DNA of 64,000 bases from Patellaria atrata CBS 101060 (GCA_010093705.1 MU006089.1:3312061-3376060); one strand, 5' to 3'. Shown: positions 12,683-25,432, counted from the first letter of the stretch. Numbers and translations are program-made. The notes: generated from the sequence alone by a model not told the origin.

Positions 12683-15653
12683 TCACAGATTGTTATAAGT
12701 GGTCCGTAAAGCTTGCTGCTGTTTCGGCGGTAGGTTCTGGAGGAATGCGTCAAAATCCGGTATTAAATTCTTGTACTCAGCAAGGACCTGCGATAGTGTT
12801 AGCTAGGCTTCACCAACGGCGGGGTAGAGTATCATCCTCACCCTTCCGAAGACTTCGAACGGCCCGTCCTTGTTAGGTCCCGTAAGAAACGAGTAGGGAG
12901 CACTTGAGATCTCCGTGAGGAATTCCACAATGCAGGACTCCATAGCCTTCGGGTTACACAGAACGATATTTGCGAAGCCCTTCAACGCATTGCCTTTTTC
13001 GTCTGTCCAATCCACATTCCTGATAGACGATATAAATGGCGGCGCAAATGTTGCCAAGTGAGGTGCTAATGCTTGCGAGCACCCGATTCCTAACCTTCCG
13101 AGCGCAATTGCTGCATTTTCGTTAAGTGATACTGGAACTTTAGAGTTGAAAAGGATCGTAGCCAATTTCTGCAAGAGTTGCTCCACATAGGGTGCCATTC
13201 CCTCCTTGTGCCGCATCGCAATCTCTCCAACAGACCAGCAAGCATTGTTGATTACGGAGTAGCCAGTCTCTTCCCCATCTTGAAGCACTTGCGTCACGTC
13301 TAATTGCTCAATTAAAATCTCGAGTATAGAGGGAAGGTATGGTTGAAGCTGCTGGAAGACATAGATCGCGCAATCTCCGAGAAGAGCATAAGCAGACTGG
13401 CGGACGTCGTTGTTGACGTCCTTCATACAGTAAGCCAACAGTTCGAACAAGTTGGGTTGTGAGGTAGCGACAAGTTCTGCGCTCTTCCGTTCTTCAAGAG
13501 CTTGAATTATCGCACTCAGCAGGTCGAGACTTGTTACGAGAAAGTCTTTATCTGGCTCATCAATGGAGGGATTGGTGGAAGCGATCCAGTATTCCTCCAG
13601 ATTCTGATGGATAATGGTGATACACCGAGTGAAGATCGGTTTTGCGAATGGTGAGAAAGAATCCCCGAGAGCTGTTGCGACATAGGAGAGACACTCGAGC
13701 AACGGAAACATTTCCCTTGACTGGTCGGATACCTTGTTCCAGCGATGGAACAAAGCTGGCATGAGAATTTCAACAAGATCTGGACTGGAGAGTGCTGGGC
13801 CGACATGCTCGGCCAAAGTTTGTACGCAATCGTACAAAATGAACATGTTGCGCTCCTTGTACATGGCGAAACACTTTACAAACTGACGGACGATGACGGG
13901 ACAATAGTCAATCAGCTGGGTGTTTGCTTTCTCTTCAAGGTTTGCAAATGCAGACGCTGCGGCCTCTTGAACACGCTTATTTGAATCAAGCATCCGTCGC
14001 AAGATGCCGTCCATTATAGGCTCGAAGTATTGTTGTTTACCGGCTGGATCCAATTGAGAAGCCCACGCGGAGTATCGTCCTAATGACCAGCAAGTTATTT
14101 GTCTTACTACCGGTTCTTTGTCGTGAAGCAGAGAGATAAGGTATCGGGTAAGGTCTGGTAAGTGCGGCTGCACAACGTCCATACAACCATCCGCTATCGC
14201 GCCGAGAGCTAACACGGCAGCTTCGCGGTTGGGCCATTCATCATGATTTAGATTCTTCTCGAGATACGGCAGCGTGACCTCAAAGACCGGTTGATGGAAT
14301 ATTGAGGCCAATACATCCAAAGCGGCCGCAGAGCATTTCCGGAGATTCCACTGCTCCTCTGGATTGCCACCATCATCTTCTTCGTCGTCATAGTCATCCG
14401 AATCAATCTCGCCCTCCTCCAAATCGTGAGGAGCCGAAGAGGAGTTGTTATTGTATCCGTTAGAGTCATTTGGAGCCGTGTTCCCGTTTGCACCTACAGC
14501 TAATCGTGCCGATTTGGAGGTTGCGAAAGTCGGCTTGATATCTTCCTCTCGATCATCTTCCTCGGCGTCCTCATTCTCCCCTTCTAGACGGAGGATATCG
14601 TCTTCCGAATAAACCATGCTCTCCAACAACACTGGAACAATTTTTGGTAGATATGGGCCAAGTCCTGCGCGAAGATTTTCATCCTCACCCACGCAAAGCC
14701 AGAATTCCGCCGCATCTAGTGCAAGTTCTGCATCGTCGACGTTGCGTTGTTGCGTTACCATATACTCGACCAACCCCTCCATATGAGGGGCAATCCTTTC
14801 AGGACTGATGTCGGAGATATGAATAAACGCGCGACAAACATGTTTCCGTACCTCTTCACTTTGATCACCAGCCAACCGAAATAATTGAAGTAGGAGCGTA
14901 TCCAGGTTCATCATTACAGCTTGCGGTTTCTCCGGGATGAAGATGTTGATACTTGCTAATGCGTTCGCCCTCACTTTATCCAAGGGGCTTGTAGTGAACT
15001 CCATGAGTTTTGGAAAAATGAAATCAAGTGGCTTTTGGCCCTCATACTCCTTATCCAGAGCGCGCTTGCTGTCTTCGCAGATTTTGAGCAGGGCACTCAT
15101 AGCACCTTCTTGGGTCTGTGGGGCAACATTTACAGATTCGTTACTGACCAGTCGAATTAAATCGGCCAGGATTTGCGGCCAGCCCATGATGCCTCCCTGT
15201 CGCACGACTTCTGTTATGACGTTTCCAGCATAATTCCTTATTTGCGCGTTTGGATCTTGGAGACCTAGAACGACGATAGAGCGGATATACTTCTTACTGT
15301 CCTCTGGTATACCCTTGTATGATGTTTTAATATCATTCTTGAGCATGATAGCGGCCGCGCTTCTTGCGGCATGATAATTCTCGGGGCCTATATCAAGGTT
15401 CGCGGGTATATTTGTGGTTGAGAAGAGGTAGGCCAGGTAATTATTGATGTCGGGGGAAGTTTTTGCATGTTTAAGCATCTGTAGCAAAAGTACTCAGCGC
15501 ATGAGTCCATGAATGAGGATTGGAAAGTATTCAGCAGTTTTTTACACTAACCAATTCGGCATTCTTTTGGGCTACCTTATCATGGCCGCTCAACGAATCT
15601 TTCAAGTAAACGGCGAGTTGCCGTAATGGCTCCTCCTGTGGTTGCCAGTCCAT
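12683..15653 (-). CDS. KAP104: Transportin-1 / importin beta-2 (HEAT repeats), 3 exons
   Basis: Start MDWQPQEEPLRQLAVYLKDSLSG; ARSAAAIMLKN; acidic H8 loop followed by WNLRKCSAAALDVLA; NKRVQEAAASAFANLEE; SVINNACWSVGEI; ENAAIALGRL. The last exon ends ...RTTYNNL-TGA at 12683. Confidence 0.95.
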
Positions 15654-17941
15654 GGTGGCGATAGTATATGCGCAGCGTTGAGAGAGGTTGAAGTCGTCGT
15701 AAGATAAAGAAGGAAGATTCAATGAAGGACGGGATGAAAGGGAGCACTGGGAGGAGGTGGGCTGAGTATTCCAGTGAATAGAAAGTCTAATCTAGATTTA
15801 TGTCTACGCTCATAAATGATGGTTAGCAATAAAGAACTTCGGAACTTTTCAGGCTCTGCAGTTGCTGTTTGGGGCCACGAGCGTTACCTATTCGTAATTC
15901 CTGAAGCTCGGTTGCTTTTCAACCCCCCTGTGTTACAACCATCTCTCCATGGAAGTCAGAAGGTGTTGTTTTTGAGTATGTCTTTGCGAAGTAGAACCAA
16001 TGGTTGGTCGTAAGAGCTGAGGGGAACTACTTTACTGCGTAGGTGGCAGCAACGTCCTAAAAGCGTTATGTGGGCGAAAGCTGGAGAAGGGGAAGTCTGA
16101 TAGAGTGGTACAAGGGATAGAATATCAAGGGCTGGAAATAATCGTTGGATTGTTCGAAGGACTGACAAAAAAATTGACGCTGTACTCGCAACGAAGCCGG
16201 GCTGCAAGCAAGAATTCGTAACGTGAAGTCCTGCTTGGTTGACCTGGGATGGATTTGCAAGTGGGCGGGTCGGTAAGCCAAGGAGCCCTCCTGCGGGGAG
16301 GAGGTCTAGCCGAGACTCCATACCGCCTTCAACTGCCAAACCTTTCAACTTCAGATATCTGTACGAAAGCGATACCTTAAGAGTCACCTCGACACAATGA
16401 ACCCGATCTTCACATTCTTTATCTTGTGAACTAAATAATTTATATATAGGGAGGTTTTCGCTATCGTCGTTTGAACTAGCTGTTAACATTCCAATTCCCT
16501 CTATATAGCAGTCACCCTTCACTCTAGAGCTTGTTCTTGTGTACATGTACTGCCTAAAAGGATAAGGCTTTGAATTTATTCCATTCTCTTAAGGCTCTAT
16601 ACTCACCTACAATTTGTGAGTGACCATATATATTTAGGGAAAAGCTGCTTTGATCGAAGTTTGTACGAAGGTAACCAACAGGGTCATTTCCCTTCGAAGG
16701 AACCTGAATACTGGCTTTAGTACAGTTCAACCCCTTTTCTTTATGATGTCCAAACATTCTCAAGTATTTTGTTCCTAGACCTTCGTCACCTTGGCCATCT
16801 TGATCGAGACTTTTACTTCTCTTTGACTATCTGGCTCAAGTTGGGAAAAAGCCTCCTTGGCAGGATTTACATCTGATTTGTGTAGTACCAGTTAGCCACC
16901 ATTGTACGATATGGAACGGTCTGTGAAAGCGTTTTAAGTACCTAACCGCAACTGGCGGTAAGGTGGGTGGCACACGAGGGCAGCACCTAGCTCACCCGTG
17001 TAATCGATTAATTTCTACGGGACCCTATCCGCAATATCGCTTTTTAGATCTCCGCTAAGGAAGGAGAGGTACGGTAAGACTTAAGTCCTTTGTATCTCTT
17101 GAGGTCTGTTCATCTTGTCCGGTCTCTGACTTTACGTCTGTTATTTCTATTGGTGCTTCCTAATATCCTTCTGTCATCGTTTTCACATATTCATATCCAT
17201 ATTAACCAGCAAACTGACAAACATAACACTGATCAAGGGCGGTGAATGATACACTATACCCCATCAATCATTACCTTGTTGCCTACAGCATTTAAGTAAT
17301 GTAGACTACCGTTCGTTGACATTGAACTGTACAAACTCACCACTCAAGTCTTTCGTACAACATGCTGAAGTTTGGGAGTTGTTGATTATTAATTTTTCCT
17401 GTAGATCCCAAATGAAAGTAGTCTTGGTATCATGTTCAAGCTAGCGCATGTCACAGCCCGCTTCTTCATATTGAGAATTCTAAAATCTGAGTGGAATTTT
17501 TTAACTGCGGTCCCCTTATTTGATCCGGTGTAATTCAATGTCCTAAATTCGTATCGAGACTCCTCGATGGAGAAATCTTTATCCATGCTCAGTGGAGTTT
17601 AATACACGTTGGTCTGGCGGAACTTCCATTAGGACACCTGAGATCGTCCACGTATTGCGCAATCAGTAGTCGGAGGAATACAAGACCCTGGTTGAAACTT
17701 TGAAGATATTCAACACTGATGTCTTGAGACTCTTTGACTACCTATCTACATTATCATAACCAACTCATCATGCCTTTTCATATACGCTAAACTACCGACC
17801 AGATCGGGGACTATTGCTCAAATTACAGGAGACATCACTGATTCGCTTACAAAGGGAACCGTTAAGGTATAACCCAAAGGAAAATCATCGCTATCATTGT
17901 TATCATCCAAATGAACCCTGATCACATCTTGATTGTATACG

Positions 17942-20032
17942 TTATGAAACCATCTTCGTAACCGCATTCTCTACGAGGTGCCCTTGAAGAGTTGGACACA
18001 TCTGCTCTTCACCTTCCGCGTCATCTGTTACGGCTGGTCCCTCTGTATTAGGCGCCTTGTTTGCTTGTTCGGCTTGGTGCACAACATTCTCCGGCTCTGG
18101 TGGCTCCTCTAATAATTGGGTTTCAATAGACGGAATGACTAATTCTTCAATTGTTGTAAGATCAACGCTTGGGGTTGGGTTTTCCGCAAGTGACGATGGG
18201 ACAGATGACGATATTTCAGGTAAGACAGCGGATACAGTTGAAATTATTGTCGCAATTGACGTCGAAACCGATGTTGTAATCAGAGTCGAAACCAAGGTTT
18301 CGGTGGATGTCACAAAGGAAAAGATAGTAGTTGGTGGGTACTGAGGAACCACCTCAAGAGCCGTTGATGATGCTTCGACAAGGACTGAGGATGGGACTAT
18401 CTCAAATATAGATGATGCTTCTTCGACGATTGGGATAGGTATCTCGTTGATCACTGACACAGATAGATGTTCGTCAAGAGAGGGATACTCCTCTTCCAGA
18501 TTCCGTGGAGAGTTACTCACCTGGACTCGGGGAGAAATGGTCTCTGGAATTGACGGAGAGACCTGCTCGTGGACTTGTATAGGACCCATTTGAGAGGGTA
18601 TCATTTCGATGTGAACTATAGGTTTCCGCCCGAAAACTAAAGATAGTACTAAAGTGCCGAGAACGACGATGAAAATATTTCGACGGTCTTGAGCGACTAG
18701 GTACAGGTAATTGGCTAGCAACGTCGTGAGTGGTATGTCCTCTTTTCTTCTTGCTTTGGGAGTTCGTAGCCCATCGGCAGAGGAAGAATGTCTCGAATGC
18801 GTATGTTTGGTATTCTCTCGCTCGGGATCTCTGATAGCTACGGAGTTCATTTGAGCATCTTCAATCGCTTTTTGTTGTGCTTCTTCGATCTCCTTTTTCT
18901 TCATCTCCTCCGCTTCTGATGCCATCCGCATGAATTCATTTTCTTTCTCTTCCTCGATTCTCCTACGATCCAGTTCGGCTTCCTCGATTGCGCGAATTTC
19001 CTCCTCACGACGTATGTCCAGTTCTCTTCTTATCTCCTCGGGGACCCAAGGTCCGATCTCGACATCAACTCGTTCCATTTCGCTCCAAGCTGCGGCCCAC
19101 GCGCCGGCCCGCATCAACCCATTAGCAGCATAGAACTTGACGTCCCACCTTTTCTTTCCAGATCCTGCACCTACTCCTGGGTATTTCATTGGTTGATGAC
19201 AATCGACGCACAACCGCATATCGGCGTCATCCTCGAAAACCTCTTCATATTCACTCGCTTGCACTGTACCCTCACTTCCAAAACTATTTCTCCTGCCTAA
19301 AGACCTTGACACATCCCACTCTTCGTCCTCCAAGTGGAAGTGCCCACACTTCAATATTCTCGGTGTCTTTAGTTCCAAGCTCTCCAGCAGTCTCTCCTCA
19401 AGCAACTCATACTCGTCCCTGGGGTGCGGAATTAGGATACCACGCTGTAGAACCGTATCCCTTAACTTCTCCTCTAACAATTTGAAGTTCTCGATGATAT
19501 GTTCCGGTAGTACTGCTCGCATGCTCTCAGCGCTCCAATGATAACTCGTCGGTAATACCGTGACATGCAGCAGCACGAGCGGATTATCCCGCCTGTCTTT
19601 CTCCCTCTTAGGTGTCATCGCCCTCGACCCTCCAGTCAAGAGGCTTCCACTTCTTCCACTTCTAGTACTCCGCGGCGTCTCACTCCTCCTCGCTCCAAAC
19701 CGCTCCCGTGCGCCTGGTGACTCTAGCTCCATCAGCGCCAGCGGCGGCGGGCTCGACATTTGGAGCGCGCGCACGGAGGCTGGGCTGCGGAATACAGGTC
19801 TGTCCTTCATGGGGGTGTAAGGTGAGTTCTTGTGCAGGTAAATGTTTGAAGGGATTGAGGAGGGTATAGAGGAGATTGTGGAGGGAGCCGTGAGGGCAGA
19901 GACGCGACGAGCGGAGGGCTCGATAGGATCGAAGACGGGACCGCCATTGGGATGCGGCTCAATTGAAGGAAGGATATCATCTTCCCCAGCGTGGTCGTCG
20001 TGGTCTTCGTAGATCGAGAAGGAGGGAGCCAT
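17942..20032 (-). CDS. Conserved Pezizomycotina hypothetical protein (family often labelled 'pathway-specific nitrogen regulator') with coiled coil, one TM segment and a Ser/Thr-rich C-terminus
   Basis: 696-aa single ORF. Conserved blocks PLVLLHVTVLP, RGILIPHPRDEYELLEERLLESLEL, CGHF...CVDC and WDVKFYAANGLMRAGAWAAAWSEMERVDVEI; TM segment IFIVVLGTLVLSLVF. Function not established. Confidence 0.75.
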   Translation of the reverse strand: MAPSFSIYEDHDDHAGEDDILPSIEPHPNGGPVFDPIEPSARRVSALTAPSTISSIPSSIPSNIYLHKNSPYTPMKDRPVFRSPASVRALQMSSPPPLALMELESPGARERFGARRSETPRSTRSGRSGSLLTGGSRAMTPKREKDRRDNPLVLLHVTVLPTSYHWSAESMRAVLPEHIIENFKLLEEKLRDTVLQRGILIPHPRDEYELLEERLLESLELKTPRILKCGHFHLEDEEWDVSRSLGRRNSFGSEGTVQASEYEEVFEDDADMRLCVDCHQPMKYPGVGAGSGKKRWDVKFYAANGLMRAGAWAAAWSEMERVDVEIGPWVPEEIRRELDIRREEEIRAIEEAELDRRRIEEEKENEFMRMASEAEEMKKKEIEEAQQKAIEDAQMNSVAIRDPERENTKHTHSRHSSSADGLRTPKARRKEDIPLTTLLANYLYLVAQDRRNIFIVVLGTLVLSLVFGRKPIVHIEMIPSQMGPIQVHEQVSPSIPETISPRVQVSNSPRNLEEEYPSLDEHLSVSVINEIPIPIVEEASSIFEIVPSSVLVEASSTALEVVPQYPPTTIFSFVTSTETLVSTLITTSVSTSIATIISTVSAVLPEISSSVPSSLAENPTPSVDLTTIEELVIPSIETQLLEEPPEPENVVHQAEQANKAPNTEGPAVTDDAEGEEQMCPTLQGHLVENAVTKMVS

Positions 20033-20483
20033 TGCGGACGGTGATCTGGAGTGGTGGAGAGGTAGTGGGTTATGAGGGAGGTTTTGGTTCCCTTTGTGGG
20101 AGAAATTTTACTGGGGCGAGTTTTGGAAGCGCAGGATTCTTAGGACTTATTTTCTAGGGTGGTTGAGGTGGGTCTTGAGCGGTGAGAGAGTGAGTTGGCA
20201 TACATTAGTTTGTTTATTTCGATTGTTGGCCCGGTGATTATCAATCTTCACCAACCACCTTGAACCGACGACTATCGTCACCCACAATTATCATTGACAC
20301 ACTGTAACAAGCAACGAGGTTAAGTAATGATACTTGACATTATCTTAAGGTGCTGAAAGTTTGTTATATCCACAAATACAATTGATCCCGGATGAAGTAT
20401 TACAAGAACATATGGTATAGATCTATGCTCTGAGTGATTCCCGTCTCTCCTACTATACAATCGTAAAACTAGCGGCCAAATCC

Positions 20484-23474
20484 TTAATTATTCCTTTTTG
20501 TCTTTGCTTTCTTCACCTTGCCACCTTTCTCTGTATTAATTTTTGTCCCATCATCTGTCATCAACATGCCCACCTTATCCTCTTTAGTTGCATCCCACTC
20601 GAATAACTTCAGCAATGCCGGGGTAAACTTCTCCATCTCAGCAATCTCGCCAACTTGGACTCGCATATAGTCGAATGCGACGCAAACTTTCATGTCCTTA
20701 TTCTTAATCTTGACAGTCGCCTTTGCAGGACTGTGTATCACAGCATCTGAAGGGTTTGCACTTTCAGTGTTGATATTGAGCCCATCATCAGCGGCAGTGC
20801 CCTCAGGGTCTACTGCTTCTTGCTTTTCATCCGACTCCGCTTCTATCTCTGTCGCTGGATTAACATCTATCATCTCTTCATCGCTCGCCACTTCCATGAC
20901 AGGTACCTTCTGGTATCGCTGACTGAAGTGCGTCAAAACGACTGCCCGGGCCCCCATGGCCTCTGCTATCATGAGTGCCTCGCTCGTCGTACTGTGTTTC
21001 TTCGCTTTAGCGTCTGATTTCAACTCATCATCAAATGTTGCCTCGTGGATGAGCACGGTAGATCCTTTTCCAATCATTGCGAACTTACGCGAAGGGCGAC
21101 AATCACCGGAATAGCTTGCTTTGAATCCGTTGGCGAAGGTCAGTGAGACCGCTTTAGCACCGTGACAATGTACTACGCCGACAGCTTGGATATCTTCTAA
21201 ATTCAAGGATGCCGGAGTTGCAGGTTGAACGCCGTAATCGGCGTGTTTGAAGGTCAGGGTGGACCTAAGATCCTCACTATCATCGGGTAGGTTCTCATTC
21301 ATCACAGGCTTTGCATTCGTGAGATGGAGAGGAAGGAGGTGTGAGTATCCGTAGTCGTCAACATCACTATATTCGGCAAGCCAGTTCAACATGGCCACAT
21401 CGCTCACAACGGCGAGGCGTTTCTCTGATGATACATTGGATGTCAGACACGCTGGGTCTAAAGAACTGCTTGGTTTCGCATTGTGAACAGCTTTATACCA
21501 TGCTCTAATGACAGATACTGTTCCTAAATGATGATCGGCGTGCAAGTGGCTCACCCATATCATCCGGAGGTCTTTGAAGACTGTCTTGAGCTCATCTGCG
21601 GGAAAGACTCGTTTGAGTTGACCAAGAGTATTTTCACCACAGTCGAATAAATAGTTGCCGAAGCCAGGTACCCGCATTAATGTCGCTGAAACATTACGAT
21701 ACTTTGAAGGTATTGCAGAGCCAGTACCGAGAGTGATAATTTCAGCATTCGGGCAAGGAGTGTTCCCCCTCCACTCTTGAAGTGCATCCTGGTCTTTGGC
21801 GATCTCATTCCGAGCTTCATCTCCAAGCTCAAAGATCCTTTTAGGTACGTCATTGAGAACAGCATCAATATCAAGGGGTTTGATAATTCGCTCGGACTGG
21901 ATCTGGTAGACTGGTTCTAAGGAGACAATTTGACCGCGCTGCGCTGGAACAGCATTGATGATAGCCATATCAGGAGAGGAATTTGAAAGAGGACCACCTT
22001 GCGGTAATGCCTCATTGTCAAATATAGGAATTGGATAGCGTCTAGGATCAACCTTATTCAAGCGTAGTGTTGAAGATGCAGAGGAGTCTAAAGATAGACG
22101 ATTAACACAATGTTCTGTCGAAGATATTATATGCTGGATGTGCGAGAAATTTTTCATGAAGCGCTGTAGAGATGGATGGTTTGCGACTTCAGGGCCGAGT
22201 ATCCAAATGATAGCCCCAACACCCTCCATCACGTCCAAGGAGTTCCATTCATCCCTAGATACTAAAGGTTCAACATAGTCATCAGAAGGTAGATCAACAA
22301 CTGCAAATCCACGTGCAGTCTTAGGTGGATCCATAACCATTTCAGGGGTCACAAGAATACCCCCATCGGTTAGTATACTCTGACCCTGTGTTAAGAGAGC
22401 ATATTTCGCAGGGTGTATCTTATATTGTTTCGCCTTCTCTACTATAAATTTCCCACGGGGAGGATGGCAGCGGAAAACGTAGGATGTTGCTTCCTTTGAC
22501 GGTTTTGTAGGAGGTAACGCTTGAATCAGTGCTCCGGGCCAAGGTCTTCTTACCATGACTTCGATTTCAGGTAGATCCTCAGCGCCTCCTGGCAGGGGCC
22601 CTGTATATTTTTCCGTTTGTTTCGTTTCTGGGTTCTTTACGAATATTTCGGCAGGAATCTGAACATCTTTGAGGGGCATCTCAACCAGAGCATCCAGTCG
22701 CCAGTCAGAGTTGAACATCGAGGCCACAACGCCTCTTCTTAGCTGATCATAACGATCCAGTCTCTCTTGTTCCGTTTCGGCCAAGTGCAAATTGTCCTCA
22801 TTTTGCATTGCCTCATTTTCGAGTTGGCTCCTTTTCGGCGCTACGGCATGTGGGCCTGGTGTACTGGTTTGTTTTAGGGGTACAATGGACATAGCCCAGA
22901 CTCGCACATTCTCATCTGCCCAAGTTGGAGCCCAAGTCTCGTTACTGTCTCTTTGAGAACCTTCATTCTTAAGCTCGTGTATTGTTATTGGCGCACCCGT
23001 ACGAAATATAAATCTTCGCGCGGTGGCTATAGTATGATTGAGATTAGAAGCTCCGAAGATACTGAACCCATTTTTCGATCCTTCCGGCTCAGGAGGGGTC
23101 TTTTTATCTCCCTTGCTTCTATATTCTTTTCCTTTTGTGGAACTCTCTTGAACTTCAGTAGTCTGGTGGATATCCTTTCTCTTCTTAAGCTGCTGCTGCT
23201 TTTCTGTCTCAGCAATTGCGCTCTGCGCACTTTTCCAAGAATCCGCGACGGTCAAAATCATACCCAGGAGCCCTCCCGTTGTGGCCCAGTCGGTTCTTCC
23301 AGTAATGAATATCTCGCTCATCTTCAGCATTTTAACACCCATCTGCACACAAGCCCTCTGTGTCCCCTCACTGATATTGCCAATCAAATATCTCTTATTG
23401 TCAAAGTGTAACAGGAGGGTAGTACCAGGTGTGTCCGCTGTTGGGGTTGTCAAGATCTGTACAAAGCACTTCAT
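20484..23474 (-). CDS. TRZ1: tRNase Z, long form (ELAC2/Trz1), metallo-beta-lactamase fold
   Basis: First ATG 23474 gives MKCFVQILTTPTADTPGTTLLLHFDNKRYLIGNISEGTQR. Motifs LGTGSAIPSKYRNVS, DCGENTLGQL, SHLHADHHLG, YSGDCRP, HEATF, HST and LTHFSQRY; C-terminal basic NLS-like KVKKAKTKR. The frame is open for 160 more codons upstream (see findings). Confidence 0.96.
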   Translation of the reverse strand: MKCFVQILTTPTADTPGTTLLLHFDNKRYLIGNISEGTQRACVQMGVKMLKMSEIFITGRTDWATTGGLLGMILTVADSWKSAQSAIAETEKQQQLKKRKDIHQTTEVQESSTKGKEYRSKGDKKTPPEPEGSKNGFSIFGASNLNHTIATARRFIFRTGAPITIHELKNEGSQRDSNETWAPTWADENVRVWAMSIVPLKQTSTPGPHAVAPKRSQLENEAMQNEDNLHLAETEQERLDRYDQLRRGVVASMFNSDWRLDALVEMPLKDVQIPAEIFVKNPETKQTEKYTGPLPGGAEDLPEIEVMVRRPWPGALIQALPPTKPSKEATSYVFRCHPPRGKFIVEKAKQYKIHPAKYALLTQGQSILTDGGILVTPEMVMDPPKTARGFAVVDLPSDDYVEPLVSRDEWNSLDVMEGVGAIIWILGPEVANHPSLQRFMKNFSHIQHIISSTEHCVNRLSLDSSASSTLRLNKVDPRRYPIPIFDNEALPQGGPLSNSSPDMAIINAVPAQRGQIVSLEPVYQIQSERIIKPLDIDAVLNDVPKRIFELGDEARNEIAKDQDALQEWRGNTPCPNAEIITLGTGSAIPSKYRNVSATLMRVPGFGNYLFDCGENTLGQLKRVFPADELKTVFKDLRMIWVSHLHADHHLGTVSVIRAWYKAVHNAKPSSSLDPACLTSNVSSEKRLAVVSDVAMLNWLAEYSDVDDYGYSHLLPLHLTNAKPVMNENLPDDSEDLRSTLTFKHADYGVQPATPASLNLEDIQAVGVVHCHGAKAVSLTFANGFKASYSGDCRPSRKFAMIGKGSTVLIHEATFDDELKSDAKAKKHSTTSEALMIAEAMGARAVVLTHFSQRYQKVPVMEVASDEEMIDVNPATEIEAESDEKQEAVDPEGTAADDGLNINTESANPSDAVIHSPAKATVKIKNKDMKVCVAFDYMRVQVGEIAEMEKFTPALLKLFEWDATKEDKVGMLMTDDGTKINTEKGGKVKKAKTKRNN

Positions 23475-24690
23475 GGCGGGCCAGAGCTTTTGTTCCGATA
23501 TCCACCGCCTAAGCTTTGATGAGATTAACTTTGGCTGGGAGTTAGCGTGAGATCTGTACAGAATGTGGTAGGGGGCCTGGGTTTCTCGAAGTTTAGGAGT
23601 CGAGAAGATTCGAGTTAGACCCGGTTCGACTGAAACCTGGGATCTTGACCCAAACTTCAGCTGGAGTCGTCGCTGACGCTTTTGGGGAAATTGAGTAGAC
23701 GTTCGAGACTTGTTCAGAGGCTTCAGAGCCTCTGATTTCGCTTTATTCTTTGCGCGGTGAGAACGTAGTAGAGTTTTGAGCGAAAGTATCACTGCACGAG
23801 TACTTATTTGATGACCCCTAGACGACGAGTGTACTTGTCTGCACTGCTGGTGAATTCCATCGAGGAGCGCAGTCCGTGCAAATCGAGAAAATAAGCTATG
23901 ACTCTGAGCTGCAGTAATAAGGATCTGCCCTGTTAGAGGAGTGAGCGGCGCCAATGCGAATCACAGTAGAAGAGAACTAAGGTATCTTGAGGTTATCGCA
24001 TTTAGCTCGGAGTAGAACCTTTAGTTGATGATAATGGCATTGGGGAACTGTTGAGTTGAAGGCATGTACAGTCCCAAGAATTTTCTACTGTAATAACATA
24101 GTTCGCGGCTCTCATGCTTGGCAAACGGAGAACTTCTTGAGCCACTACCTTACAGCAACGTCCTCTCACAGTTACTTCGGTTATCTGTTATTAATCTTCA
24201 AATCATTATCCCATACCTTTTAGCTTTAACTCAAGCAGTCCAAAAGAGTAGTTTTACTGCTACTGTAACGTCATTCTCACCAAAACCTTGGTTTATCACC
24301 CTTCATCCCGACAAACCCACAGGGAGTTATTGGTACTGTATAGTACAAGAGTACCTTAGTTCCAAATGTAACCTACGATTGGATGCGATCCATATAAGAC
24401 CAGGTATTAGACTTCAGGAGAAGAGATATCCATTCATGACTAAGGTATGCAGAGTCCTTCAGTCACATTCTACTTTAAAAATTGTTGATTTTCAGTTTTC
24501 AATAACGATATAAGACTTCTAATAGAACCTAGATTGGAATGCATCTATTCTCTCATGGCATTCCCATTTCTTCCATTCATTCTCATTCTCTGCTGTAACT
24601 TCCTCAATCTCAAACATCGTATGCGTACCGAAACAGGTAACTGTTTTATCAACATGTTAATTTTACCTCTCATTTCCCAAAAGAGATACC

Positions 24691-25432
24691 TCAAATCGAT
24701 AGCCTACCTGAAAGACATTCTTCTTTTGTATTGCAACTCCCACAGGTTTGGTACGAGATTCCGTCATAGAGCCACGGCGCTTCGGTAGTGTAATTATCCC
24801 ACATCGTTCCTATGCTCAACCACCTATTGCCGGTATACCTCGTTCTTGTGGAGTATCCATCGACCATTTTATTGAATCCTAGTACAGTCCGATTATAGTA
24901 ATCTTTCTCGATGGTCCAACGGTCGACGTTCCACAGCGGTTTAACGTCCTTCGGATCCGCTAAGAAGAGTGTGGACAGCTCCCAGAGGGCAAAGTTATAG
25001 GGGTTATCTTTCAAGGCCCAATTGAAAATGACAGCAAGGACTTTATTATCCACATGTAAAGTATATGTCTCATCAGTGGGGTGTGCCTCTGCTGTGAAGG
25101 TAAGAGGGGGTTGTGCCAGCACCTCCTCCCGCGCCCTCCAGTACAAGACGTCAGGGTAGCTCGTATTTTGGCGGAAATAACCACCGAAATAGCCACAATC
25201 GAGATCAGGCTTGACATTCTTCATAGGGCTGGTATCGATCAGTGAAGATATCAGAAAGGTTATGATTCACTCAGGTGCTTCCGTACTCTACAGGCCGTAT
25301 CCTGTATTTCGTAGAGGCATCTACTCGTACTCGTACCCCTGCTGTATCTCTTGTAGAGACGGGGGACGTCCATCCTAACTGTGGGAAAGCTGCAACAAGA
25401 GATAAGAGCTGAACAAGCATCTTGTCTAGCAT
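24691..25432 (-). CDS. Putative secreted protein of unknown function (about 225 aa, 2 exons)
   Basis: Exon 1 (ATG 25432 or 25420) MLVQLLSLVAAFPQLGWTSPV... is signal-peptide-like. A 58-nt intron at 25229-25286 (GTACGG...CTGAT...CAG) joins it in frame (PV-D-PMKN) to the 177-aa ORF, which has N-glycosylation sequons (NTS, NRT, NYT) and C-terminal cysteines. Confidence 0.7.
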
